DNA of 17,428 bases from NCBI GenBank assembly GCA_042216675.1, contig JBDGTS010000053.1, positions 1-17,428 on the forward strand, given 5' to 3'. Source of the DNA: Halobacteriaceae archaeon (GTDB lineage: Archaea; Halobacteriota; Halobacteria; Halobacteriales; Halobacteriaceae). Position 1 is the first letter of the stretch, and every line of letters begins with the position of its first letter. The notes below the pieces were generated by a model. The model saw only the letters and a list, made by a program, of their open reading frames with translations, was not told where the DNA came from and ran no database searches. Positions 9,277 to 16,758 of this stretch are shown one piece after another. Both the position numbers and the translations under genes were made by a program.

Positions 9277-9511
9277 CGTCTCTCCGTAGGCGCCGCGACC
9301 TCAAAGACTCAGGGGTGCCAACGGGAAACCGGCGGTGATTGCAGGTATCTCGGGTCTGAGGGTGGACCCAACCCCGCGAGAGGCGGGCATGGCCGGCCTG
9401 TGGGGGAGAGTGCAACCGAGGTAGCGGCAGAAATTGGCAGGACCCGGAAGCAGAGGCGTCATTCCCGGGGTATGGGCGGGTTTATACGAGGCAGTCACGT
9501 ACAGAGAGTCG

Positions 9512-9637
9512 ATGAGTGCGAACCGAACTGAAGAGGCAGAGGTCACAGACGAGGAGACAGCCCACCTGGACGGCGTCGACGCCGGGGCTGGTTGCACGGA
9601 AATCTGGGAGCAGCTCTCCGAGCAGCGAGAGGAGTGA
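9512..9637 (+). CDS. Small acidic protein (41 aa) with GAGCTEIWE motif
   Basis: MSANRTEEAEVTDEETAHLDGVDAGAGCTEIWEQLSEQREE; TTTATA at 9481, 31 bp upstream of the ATG (leaderless-type spacing). Confidence 0.6.
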   Translation: MSANRTEEAEVTDEETAHLDGVDAGAGCTEIWEQLSEQREE

Positions 9638-9671
9638 GAACCCTTTTGGCCGCTACGTTCTAGGCAATCAC

Positions 9672-10340
9672 ATGGCCGACGGCCCCGAGGAACTTCCCCC
9701 AACTGACCGCGAGTCCCCAGTCGGACGACCCGTCATCCGCGGCGACGAGTCCGTCACGGGCCAGCGCGCGTCCGAAGCGGTCGAGTTCGACCCCGACGAC
9801 CCGGAGAGCGTCGCGCAAGCCGCGGAGACGGCACGCACCTTCGCCGGGCAGACGACGGGCGCCGAAGACACCATCTACATGCTCCGCGGGGCCGCCGCCT
9901 GCGCGGCGTTGGTGCGGGCCGAGGGGTCGTACAAGGCGGCCGCCGAGCGCGCCGGCGGCGAGGCGACGGTGCCGTTCATCCGGAAGTGGGCGCGGGTCCA
10001 CGACTTGCCGCGCCCTGTCCGTCGTCACGTCGCACTCGGGGACATTCCCCCGACGGCGGCCAAGCACATCGCGCGCGTCGGCGGCGACGCGCGCTACCAG
10101 CTCGCGTGGGCCGTCCTCGATGGGGACCTGACGGTGCGGGAGGTGCGCTCTATCGCGAGCGACGTGAACGACGGTACCCCCGTCGAGGACGCCCTCCGAA
10201 AGCACGGCGTCACCCCGGGCGAACTCTCCATGGTGTTGCCCACCGACGCGTATCGGGAGCTCCGCCGCCGCGCGGCACTCGAAGACGACACCCCCGGGGA
10301 CATCGTCGCCGACGCCCTGCGGGAGTCGTTCGACCTGTGA
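9672..10340 (+). CDS. Hypothetical DNA-binding protein (ParB/Spo0J-like HTH region plus C-terminal ribbon-helix-helix-like segment)
   Basis: Start MADGPEELPP at 9672; SYKAAAERAGG..FIRKWARVHDLPRPVRRHVALGDIPPTAAKHIA..GDLTVREVRSI; C-terminal LSMVLPTDAYRELRRRAALEDDTPGDIVADAL. The CDS is well supported; the fold call is inference. Confidence 0.75.
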   Translation: MADGPEELPPTDRESPVGRPVIRGDESVTGQRASEAVEFDPDDPESVAQAAETARTFAGQTTGAEDTIYMLRGAAACAALVRAEGSYKAAAERAGGEATVPFIRKWARVHDLPRPVRRHVALGDIPPTAAKHIARVGGDARYQLAWAVLDGDLTVREVRSIASDVNDGTPVEDALRKHGVTPGELSMVLPTDAYRELRRRAALEDDTPGDIVADALRESFDL

Positions 10341-10370
10341 GGCGAAACCGGCCGACGGAGAACCCGCAAG

Positions 10371-10378
10371 TATTTATT
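10371..10378 (+). promoter_or_regulatory. Probable TATA box of the tRNA-Lys gene
   Basis: AT-rich TATTTATT in GC-rich DNA, 24-31 bp upstream of the mature tRNA 5' end. Confidence 0.55.
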
Positions 10379-10401
10379 TCGGCGGCCGGATTTTCCCGAT
10401 A

Positions 10402-10507
10402 GGGCCGATAGCTCAGACTGGCAGAGCGTCTGGCTTTTAGCGCGGTTACCCACTGGGTGACGGCGGAAGACACCAGACGGTCGGGGGTTCAAATCCCTCT
10501 CGGCCCG
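10402..10507 (+). tRNA. tRNA-Lys(UUU) with a 32-nt intron at position 37/38 (10440-10471)
   Basis: Acceptor stem GGGCCGA/TCGGCCC plus discriminator G; D arm GCTC..GAGC; anticodon stem TCTGG/CCAGA with CT-TTT-A|intron|A; T loop GTTCAAATC. BHB motif: bulges TA^G and AC^A around helix CTTT/GAAG. CCA not encoded. Confidence 0.93.
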
Positions 10508-10736
10508 CTCATACTCGGCGACGCTGGCTCGGCAGCGTCGTCTCCGTTCGGGACGTGGGATTTGAAGCAGGGAGCGGTAGCGACCGGGGTTCAAATCCCT
10601 CTCGGCCCGCTTTCTGACGAACGAAGTGAGTCGAACGCGGCGCGTGAGGATTGAACGAGACGACGGCTCTGCCGTCGGCGTCGTTCAAATCCCTCTCGGC
10701 CCGCTCATACTCGGCGACGCTGGCTCGGCAGCGTCG
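10484..10736 (+). repeat. Triplicated tRNA-Lys 3' end with intervening hairpin modules
   Basis: GTTCAAATCCCTCTCGGCCCGCT starts at 10487, 10589 and 10683. 10487-10540 and 10683-10736 are identical over 54 bp; 10586-10611 equals 10484-10509 (26 bp). Confidence 0.92.
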
Positions 10737-10790
10737 CCGTCGGGCAGACGGACCGTTACTGTTAGGACGCGGGCATGCGAGGCGACGGAC

Positions 10791-10991
10791 ATGGACACCG
10801 CAGTCTTCGACGACGAACTGAGCATCATCGGGACGGGCGTCGGCGTCTACCTCGCCCTCGCGGGCGTCGCGTCGCTCGTCGGGATGCCGTGGCAGTACGG
10901 AACCAGTAGCGTCGCGGCGGCAGGACAGATCGTCGGCGCACTCGCGCTCATCGCCCTCGGAGTCGGGCTGGCGCGCCTCGTGACTCAGTAG
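10791..10991 (+). CDS. Small membrane protein (two hydrophobic segments, 66 aa)
   Basis: MDTAVFDDELSIIGTGVGVYLALAGVASLVGMPWQY..IVGALALIALGVGLARLVTQ. Confidence 0.7.
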   Translation: MDTAVFDDELSIIGTGVGVYLALAGVASLVGMPWQYGTSSVAAAGQIVGALALIALGVGLARLVTQ

Positions 10992-11791
10992 CGCGACGGG
11001 AGATACGCCATCCCGAGGAGGAGGATGGCCGTGAGACCGCTGAGGATGCTGACGCCCCAGAGGCCGTTGACCCGTTCGGTGAAGTACTGGTTGCGGTCCA
11101 CCGACTCCTGATACTCGTGGAAGTTCGTGGAGAGGACGACTTCGCTCCCGGAGGGGAAGTGCGCGAGATAGGTGGTGTCGCCCAGCGTGACGTTCGCCCC
11201 CTCGGCGGCGGAGACGGACTTGTCACGCGGCGCGGTCCACGTCAGCACCGCCCGCTCGCGGGTGAGGTTCGACACGGTAGTTTGGTTGCCGCGGAAGTCC
11301 CACGTCTGGCCCTCCTCGAAGTCGACGGTACTCGGTTCGGGGAGGTACTCCGAGAGCGGCACGTAGGAGTTGTTCTCCGAGTAAACGACCTGTCGTTCGC
11401 CCTCGATGGTGACCGTCTCGTTCTCCACGTCGGAGTCCTGTTCGAGAATTGCGGTCACGTTGAGGTCCTCGCGGAGCGTGAACTGCTGTGGGTCGCTCTC
11501 GTTCGGGATGACGACGAGGTAGGACTCGTTCCCGTACTCGACGGTGGTGTTGTTGGCCCACTGCTGGGTGTACGTGGCCGCCTCGACGGTCCACGCGAAC
11601 GTCGCGCGCCCGTCACTGAGCGAGGAGACTGTGTAGGTGGTGCCGCCGACCTCGAGCGTCTCACTCTGACTCAGCGTGTGGTCACCCTCGACTGTAATCT
11701 CCGGTTCCTCCGCCATCCCGATGTAGGCGTAGGAGCCGGCGGTGATCAGGAGGAGGACCACGGCGGAGACCGCCGCAGCACGTCGTTGCAT
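10985..11791 (-). CDS. Membrane-anchored extracellular (probably glycosylated) hypothetical protein
   Basis: MQRRAAAVSAVVLLLITAGSYAYI signal/anchor; C-terminal TM GLWGVSILSGLTAILLLGMAYLPSRY; many N-x-S/T sequons. Confidence 0.82.
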   Translation of the reverse strand: MQRRAAAVSAVVLLLITAGSYAYIGMAEEPEITVEGDHTLSQSETLEVGGTTYTVSSLSDGRATFAWTVEAATYTQQWANNTTVEYGNESYLVVIPNESDPQQFTLREDLNVTAILEQDSDVENETVTIEGERQVVYSENNSYVPLSEYLPEPSTVDFEEGQTWDFRGNQTTVSNLTRERAVLTWTAPRDKSVSAAEGANVTLGDTTYLAHFPSGSEVVLSTNFHEYQESVDRNQYFTERVNGLWGVSILSGLTAILLLGMAYLPSRY

Positions 11792-11924
11792 ATCTGGGGT
11801 GTGGACGGCGCGTCGTATAACGGTTACTAACTCCGGGTCGAGCGGGCCGGAGGGGTCGGGACTTAAGTGGTATGAGTGGTATCGTCCCCACCATGACGCT
11901 GTCAGCGGGGAGGGCAACGAGGCC

Positions 11925-12494
11925 ATGACCGAAACCCCGACGGTCCTCGTGGTCGACGACGAGACGGAGATCACGGCACTCTACGGGGAGTGGCTCTCGG
12001 ACTCCTACGACGTGCGTCGAGCGTACAACGGCGAAGAGGCGCTCGAGAAGGTGGACGAGAGCGTCGCCGTCGTCCTCCTCGACCGCCGCATGCCGGACCT
12101 CTCGGGCGACGAGGTCCTGACCGAAATCCGGGAGCGGGGCCTCGACTGCCGCGTCGCCCTCGTCACCGCCGTCGACCCCGACTTCGACATCCTCGAGTTG
12201 GGATTCGACGACTATCTCGTGAAACCGGTGTCGCGCGACGATCTTCACGAAACCGTGGAGCGACTGCTCCGGCGCGCCTCCTACGACGAAGAGCTCCAAC
12301 GCTACTTCTCGCTCGCGTCCCGAAAAGCCACGCTCGAAGCGGAGAAGCCCGCGTCCGAACTCGAAGCCAGCGAGGAGTACGCCGAACTGGAGGGGGAACT
12401 CGACGAACTCGGTGACGCCCTCACGGACACCTTCGCGCAACTCGACGACGAGGACTTCCGGGCGGCGTTCGAGGCACTCGACACCGACGGCTGA
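11925..12494 (+). CDS. Response regulator with C-terminal HalX domain
   Basis: Receiver motifs VLVVDDE, VVLLDRRMPDLSG, LVTAV, DDYLVKPV; HalX-type tail YDEELQRYFSLASRKATLEAEK..LEASEEY. Confidence 0.9.
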   Translation: MTETPTVLVVDDETEITALYGEWLSDSYDVRRAYNGEEALEKVDESVAVVLLDRRMPDLSGDEVLTEIRERGLDCRVALVTAVDPDFDILELGFDDYLVKPVSRDDLHETVERLLRRASYDEELQRYFSLASRKATLEAEKPASELEASEEYAELEGELDELGDALTDTFAQLDDEDFRAAFEALDTDG

Positions 12495-12509
12495 CGGCCG
12501 TCGGACGGA

Positions 12510-12531
12510 CGTGCGCTTCGTTTCGTGTGGA
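12510..12531 (+). repeat. 22-bp direct repeat, copy 1 (CGTGCGCTTCGTTTCGTGTGGA)
   Basis: 21/22 identical to 15753-15774. Confidence 0.8.
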
Positions 12532-12585
12532 GCGCCCCGCTCGTCGTGCGTCACGTATAAATCCTCGTGTGAGAATGTGTGTGTA

Positions 12586-14322
12586 ATGGCTTCCGACACG
12601 CCCGTCAAGGTCGGCGTCGCCGTCGCCGGCCTCGTCGTTCTCGCCGGCATCGCGGCCGGGTTCGGCCTCGTGGCTGGACTCGACCCCATGGGTGACCAGA
12701 AGCCCAGCGAGGCCGCGGTGAGCGACACGCCGACCACGACGGCGAACGAAACCACGTCGGACTGGCCGGCGGGCTACACGCCGCCCGAAGACCGATGGTT
12801 CCAGGACGTGGCGAGCGAGAAGGGTATCAACTACACGGTCACCGGCCGGCAACTCGGCAACGGCGACGGGTCCGTGCTGGTGACGGACTACAACAACGAC
12901 CATCGGATGGACGTCCTCCTCGTCGGCGGCCCGAAGCCGGTCCTCTTCGAGAACACCGGCGGTGAGTTCGAGCGCTCGGGCGAAATCCCGGCGCTCCCCT
13001 TCGAGGACAACAGGCAGGTGAAGGGGGCGCTGTTCCTCGACTACGACAACGACGGCTGGGACGACCTCATCCTCTTTCCGCTGGACGCCGAGCCCGTCTT
13101 CCTCGAGAACGACGGCGGGTCCTTCAGCGTGACCGACGTCGGCTTCGATGAGGAACTCGCGTGGGCGACGGGAGCGTCCGCGGGCGACTACGACGGCGAC
13201 GGCTGTCTCGACCTGTTCGTCACGCAGAACGGGAACTGGACCGCAGGCATCCCGGACCGCTCGGCGAACCGCCCGTACTTGGACGATGACAACGGGAACC
13301 CGAACTACCTCTACTGGGGGAACTGTAGCGGCTTCGAGCGAGCGACGGACGCGGGCATCAACGGGACCCGCTGGAGTCTCGCGTCGAGTTCCGCCGACTT
13401 CACCGGCGACGGCCTCCCCGACATCCACGTCGCGAACGACTTCAACCGCGACAAGATCTACGTGAATCAGGGCAACGGCACATTCGAGGGCCACGACATC
13501 CCGAACACGGACCGCAACGGGATGGCCTCCGACGTCGAGGACCTGAACGGCGACGGCCTGATGGACATCTTCGTGACGAACGTCCGGTATCCGAACCCCG
13601 ACGAGATCTGGGTGACCACCCAGTCGACCAACGTCTCGAACAAGGGGAACAACGTCCTCATCAATCAGGGCAACGGCACGTTCGTGGACCGCGGTGAGGA
13701 GTACGGCGTCCGGCAGGGTCTCTGGGGATGGTCAGGCAACGTCGTCGACCTCAACAACGACGGCCGCCTCGACATCATCCACGCCACGAAGTATCACATC
13801 AGGGTCACGAAGCGGAACCCGGACGAGCGCATCCCGACGCGCCCGGCCTTCTGGGTCCAGAACGCCTCCGGGGAGTTCGTGAAGCAAGACAGCGAAGCGG
13901 CCGGACTGCTGGTGCAGGACGCGCGCGGCCTCGCTGCCTTCGACTTCGACGGCGACGGCGACCGGGACGTCCTCGTCTCGAACATCGTGGGCGACTTCCG
14001 CCTCTACGAGAATCAGAGAGCAGACGAGACCGGAAACAGTTGGCTCCGGGTCCACGCGGCGGGCACCCGGAGCCAGACTGACATCGGGACGACGGTGACC
14101 GTCACCACCGCGAACGGGACGACGAAGAAGATTCAGAACAGCAAGTCGAACTACTTCTCTCAGAACCCGCGGGTCCTCGGGTTCGGCCTCGGGGACGCCG
14201 ACGTCGTCGAGACGCTCCGGGTGACTTACCCCGACGGAACGGAACACGTGTTCCACGACGTCGCCGTCAACGGAACCGTGACCGTCCACTACGACGGCGA
14301 CCTGAAACGGGTGTCGCGCTGA
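12586..14322 (+). CDS. CRTAC1-family protein (FG-GAP/VCBS beta-propeller plus ASPIC/UnbV domain), N-terminal membrane anchor
   Basis: Seven Ca-binding-type motifs: DYNNDHRMD, DYDNDGWDD, DYDGDGCLD, DFTGDGLPD, DLNGDGLMD, DLNNDGRLD, DFDGDGDRD. C-terminal NYFSQNPRVLGFGLG..LRVTYPDG. TATAAA at 12556. Confidence 0.9.
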   Translation: MASDTPVKVGVAVAGLVVLAGIAAGFGLVAGLDPMGDQKPSEAAVSDTPTTTANETTSDWPAGYTPPEDRWFQDVASEKGINYTVTGRQLGNGDGSVLVTDYNNDHRMDVLLVGGPKPVLFENTGGEFERSGEIPALPFEDNRQVKGALFLDYDNDGWDDLILFPLDAEPVFLENDGGSFSVTDVGFDEELAWATGASAGDYDGDGCLDLFVTQNGNWTAGIPDRSANRPYLDDDNGNPNYLYWGNCSGFERATDAGINGTRWSLASSSADFTGDGLPDIHVANDFNRDKIYVNQGNGTFEGHDIPNTDRNGMASDVEDLNGDGLMDIFVTNVRYPNPDEIWVTTQSTNVSNKGNNVLINQGNGTFVDRGEEYGVRQGLWGWSGNVVDLNNDGRLDIIHATKYHIRVTKRNPDERIPTRPAFWVQNASGEFVKQDSEAAGLLVQDARGLAAFDFDGDGDRDVLVSNIVGDFRLYENQRADETGNSWLRVHAAGTRSQTDIGTTVTVTTANGTTKKIQNSKSNYFSQNPRVLGFGLGDADVVETLRVTYPDGTEHVFHDVAVNGTVTVHYDGDLKRVSR

Positions 14323-14363
14323 GCGGCGAAAGGCGTTTTACTCTGCTTTCCCTTCTTCGTGCT

Positions 14364-15734
14364 ATGCCGTGTTCACATGCGTCTGGCGGGGACGAAGACG
14401 ACGGGGGTGACTCCCGCCGAGAGTTCTTGAAGGCCGCCGTGGCCATCGGGGGCACGAACGCCCTCTCTGCGTGTCTGAGTGCGGAATCCGACGAGAACGG
14501 CCAGCCGACCGACGGGGCGTTCACGAGCGTCCAACCGGACGACTCGCCGTCCGTCTCGGGCTTTCCGAAGGGACCCGACGACCTGTCGACGCTCCCCGAG
14601 CAACAGCACTACTGGCAGAACTACATGACCTCCTCGCGGTTTGGCAACCGACAGGTTCCGACTCACCAGATCCACCTGTACGCGGACTACGTCGGCGACG
14701 GCGCGCCGACCGAGGCAGAGCGGTCGACGGTGGAATCGGCGCTCCGGACCGTGGAGCGCGCGTTCCAACGCGGGACCGGCGGCGACCACAACACCCTGAC
14801 GGTGGAGGGGTTGCTCTTCGCCGTCGGCTACTCGCCGGCCTACTTCGACCGGTTCGACGAGTCGCTGCCCGACGACCTCGACCTGCAGACGCCGGAGCGC
14901 GTCGTGACGGCGGTCGGCGAGGAGGACGTGACCCTGAACACACACGACGCGTTCATCCACCTCCTCTCCGACAACGCGTCCGTCGTCCTCGCGACGGAAG
15001 CCGCGCTGTTCGGGGACCTCGACGAACTCAACGGGGTCGAGCTGGACGACGACCTCACGGGAATCCTCGAACCGGCCGCCCGCAAGACCGGGTTCTCGGG
15101 ACGGGGCCTCCCCGCGAAAAAGTACGAGGAGGAGCGCATCCACGAGGCCGCGCCCCTCTCGATGGGGTTCCGTGCCACGTTCCTGGACAACCTGCCCGCC
15201 GAGGAGACGATGACGATCGAATCCGGCCACTTCGCGGGCGGGACGACGGCGGTGGTGTCCGAAGTGCAGTCGCACGTCGACGAGTGGTACGACGACACCG
15301 ACCACAGCGACCGCGTCGAACTGATGTATTCGCCCGACCACACCGTCGACGAGGTCGGGGAGACCGGCGAAGCTCTCGCGGGCCACAGCGGCAAGACGCG
15401 CGAGACGGTCGAAAACATCCCTCACCACGTCGACACGGAGGGGCGCCTCGGCCACGGGCAGAAACTCGCCGCGGCCCGGGACGAGGACTTCCGCACGAAG
15501 ATTCTGCGGCGGGACTGCAATCGCTCCGGCGGGCCGGGCCTGCTCTTCACCTCCCACCAGACAGGGGTCGGTGACTTCCTCGACGTACGAGAAGCGATGG
15601 AGGGCGAGAAGTACGCCGACGAACTGCCCGAGGACCAGAACGGCATCATCCACTACCTCGACACCGAGATGCGGGGGACGTTCCTCATCCCGCCGCGGAC
15701 GCACCGGTCACTCCCCACGCCGACTCCGGAGTGA
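14364..15734 (+). CDS. Tat lipoprotein with DyP-type peroxidase-like fold
   Basis: SRREFLK twin-arginine signal and LSAC lipobox; DyP-like C-terminal motifs SMGF, LGHGQK, ILRRD, GLLFTSHQ, TFLIPP. Confidence 0.75.
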   Translation: MPCSHASGGDEDDGGDSRREFLKAAVAIGGTNALSACLSAESDENGQPTDGAFTSVQPDDSPSVSGFPKGPDDLSTLPEQQHYWQNYMTSSRFGNRQVPTHQIHLYADYVGDGAPTEAERSTVESALRTVERAFQRGTGGDHNTLTVEGLLFAVGYSPAYFDRFDESLPDDLDLQTPERVVTAVGEEDVTLNTHDAFIHLLSDNASVVLATEAALFGDLDELNGVELDDDLTGILEPAARKTGFSGRGLPAKKYEEERIHEAAPLSMGFRATFLDNLPAEETMTIESGHFAGGTTAVVSEVQSHVDEWYDDTDHSDRVELMYSPDHTVDEVGETGEALAGHSGKTRETVENIPHHVDTEGRLGHGQKLAAARDEDFRTKILRRDCNRSGGPGLLFTSHQTGVGDFLDVREAMEGEKYADELPEDQNGIIHYLDTEMRGTFLIPPRTHRSLPTPTPE

Positions 15735-15752
15735 GTGCGCGCGTCTGACGTG

Positions 15753-15774
15753 CGTGCGCTTCGTTTCGGGTGGA
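15753..15774 (+). repeat. 22-bp direct repeat, copy 2 (CGTGCGCTTCGTTTCGGGTGGA)
   Basis: 21/22 identical to 12510-12531. Confidence 0.8.
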
Positions 15775-15832
15775 ACTCGTTCACACACCGGGTAGGCCGT
15801 GGCCTTTTGGACTGTCTGGCCGTGTCGCCGCT

Positions 15833-16105
15833 ATGGCGACGATTCACTTCACGGACGGCGAGTCGGCAGAACACGACCGCGTGTTCGTCGCCGAGAACGG
15901 ATGGGTCGCGGTGACGGGCCCGGAGTCAGAGCCAGCGATGTACCCCCCACACCGCGTGCGGAAAGTCGAGGGCGACCACGACATCTTCTACGACACCGCC
16001 GTGGTCCAGACTGAGGTCGGGTCACGCCACGTCGACGACGCCGGCCGGCCGGTGCAGGAACCCGACATCGTGCGCCGCCTCGTGACCGAAGTCGAAGTCG
16101 ACTGA
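15833..16105 (+). CDS. Small hypothetical protein (90 aa)
   Basis: MATIHFTDGESAEHDRVFVAENGWV..MYPPHRVRKV; acidic; ends 1 bp before the next gene. Confidence 0.65.
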   Translation: MATIHFTDGESAEHDRVFVAENGWVAVTGPESEPAMYPPHRVRKVEGDHDIFYDTAVVQTEVGSRHVDDAGRPVQEPDIVRRLVTEVEVD

Positions 16106-16106
16106 C

Positions 16107-16553
16107 GTGCTCCTGCTCGTCTGTGGCCCGCCGGGCGTCGGCAAGACGACCGTCGCGACGATTCTCCACCAGCAGTTGGGCCGACGCGGGCGGAGTTTCC
16201 GCCTCGCACACTCGGACGCATTCAGCACGCGCACGTACGAGCGACTGTACGAGCAAGTGACGAGCGCCGCGGTGGACTGGATCGTCGACGGGACGTTCTA
16301 CAAGCGGCGGTGGCAAGAGCGCTTCCGCGGCGCGAACGATACGGTGTTGGTGTATCTGACCGCGAGTTTGGAGACGTGTCTCGCACGCAACCGCGCGCGG
16401 AACGACCCGATTAGCGAGCAAGGCGTCACCGTCGTGTGGAGGGAGTTCGACGAGCCGACGGCAGACGTGCGACTCGATACTGACGTGCTGTCACCCAGCG
16501 AGGCAGCGCGCGAAATCGTCGCGTACCTCGCGGAGACGGAACGGATACCGTAG
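16107..16553 (+). CDS. P-loop kinase (AAA_33 / PNK / PSTK-like)
   Basis: GTG start; Walker A GPPGVGKT, WIVDGTF, lid ETCLARNRAR. Confidence 0.85.
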   Translation: MLLLVCGPPGVGKTTVATILHQQLGRRGRSFRLAHSDAFSTRTYERLYEQVTSAAVDWIVDGTFYKRRWQERFRGANDTVLVYLTASLETCLARNRARNDPISEQGVTVVWREFDEPTADVRLDTDVLSPSEAAREIVAYLAETERIP

Positions 16554-16556
16554 AAA

Positions 16557-16632
16557 AGCCAAGGGCCGGATTTGAACCGGCGATGATCTGCTCTGCAGGC
16601 AGACGCGTTAGGCCGGACTCTGCCACCTTGGC
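16557..16632 (-). tRNA. tRNA-Cys(GCA)
   Basis: Reverse complement GCCAAGGTGGCAGAG..TCTGC-CT-GCA-GA-GCAGA..GGTTCAAATCC..CCTTGGC-T; usual distal gene of haloarchaeal rRNA operons. Confidence 0.96.
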
Positions 16633-16758
16633 GCAGTTAACCGTAGGGCCGGGTCGGCCCATAGACGTTTCGATGACGGCGCCGCGGCTACGCGGCGTGA
16701 AACGCTGAGGGCGACGAAAGGCGTCGCTCTCGAAGTGCGATGAATGAAGTATGAATGG

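Noticed and set aside
10440-10471. Long variable arm (Sec/Pyl/Ser-type tRNA)
   Set aside because: The extra sequence lies inside the anticodon loop and forms a BHB motif, so it is an intron.
10586-10705. Additional or split tRNA genes, or att sites of an intact provirus
   Set aside because: The copies lack D and anticodon arms and show no BHB partner. They are only about 100 bp apart with no integrase between them.
10487-10736. CRISPR array
   Set aside because: The repeat is the tRNA 3' end, spacers are 70-80 bp and palindromic, and there are no cas genes or leader.
11925-12494. Orphan HalX regulator as a novel signalling system
   Set aside because: Stand-alone HalX receivers are common in haloarchaea, and nothing in the sequence ties it functionally to the neighbouring cassette.
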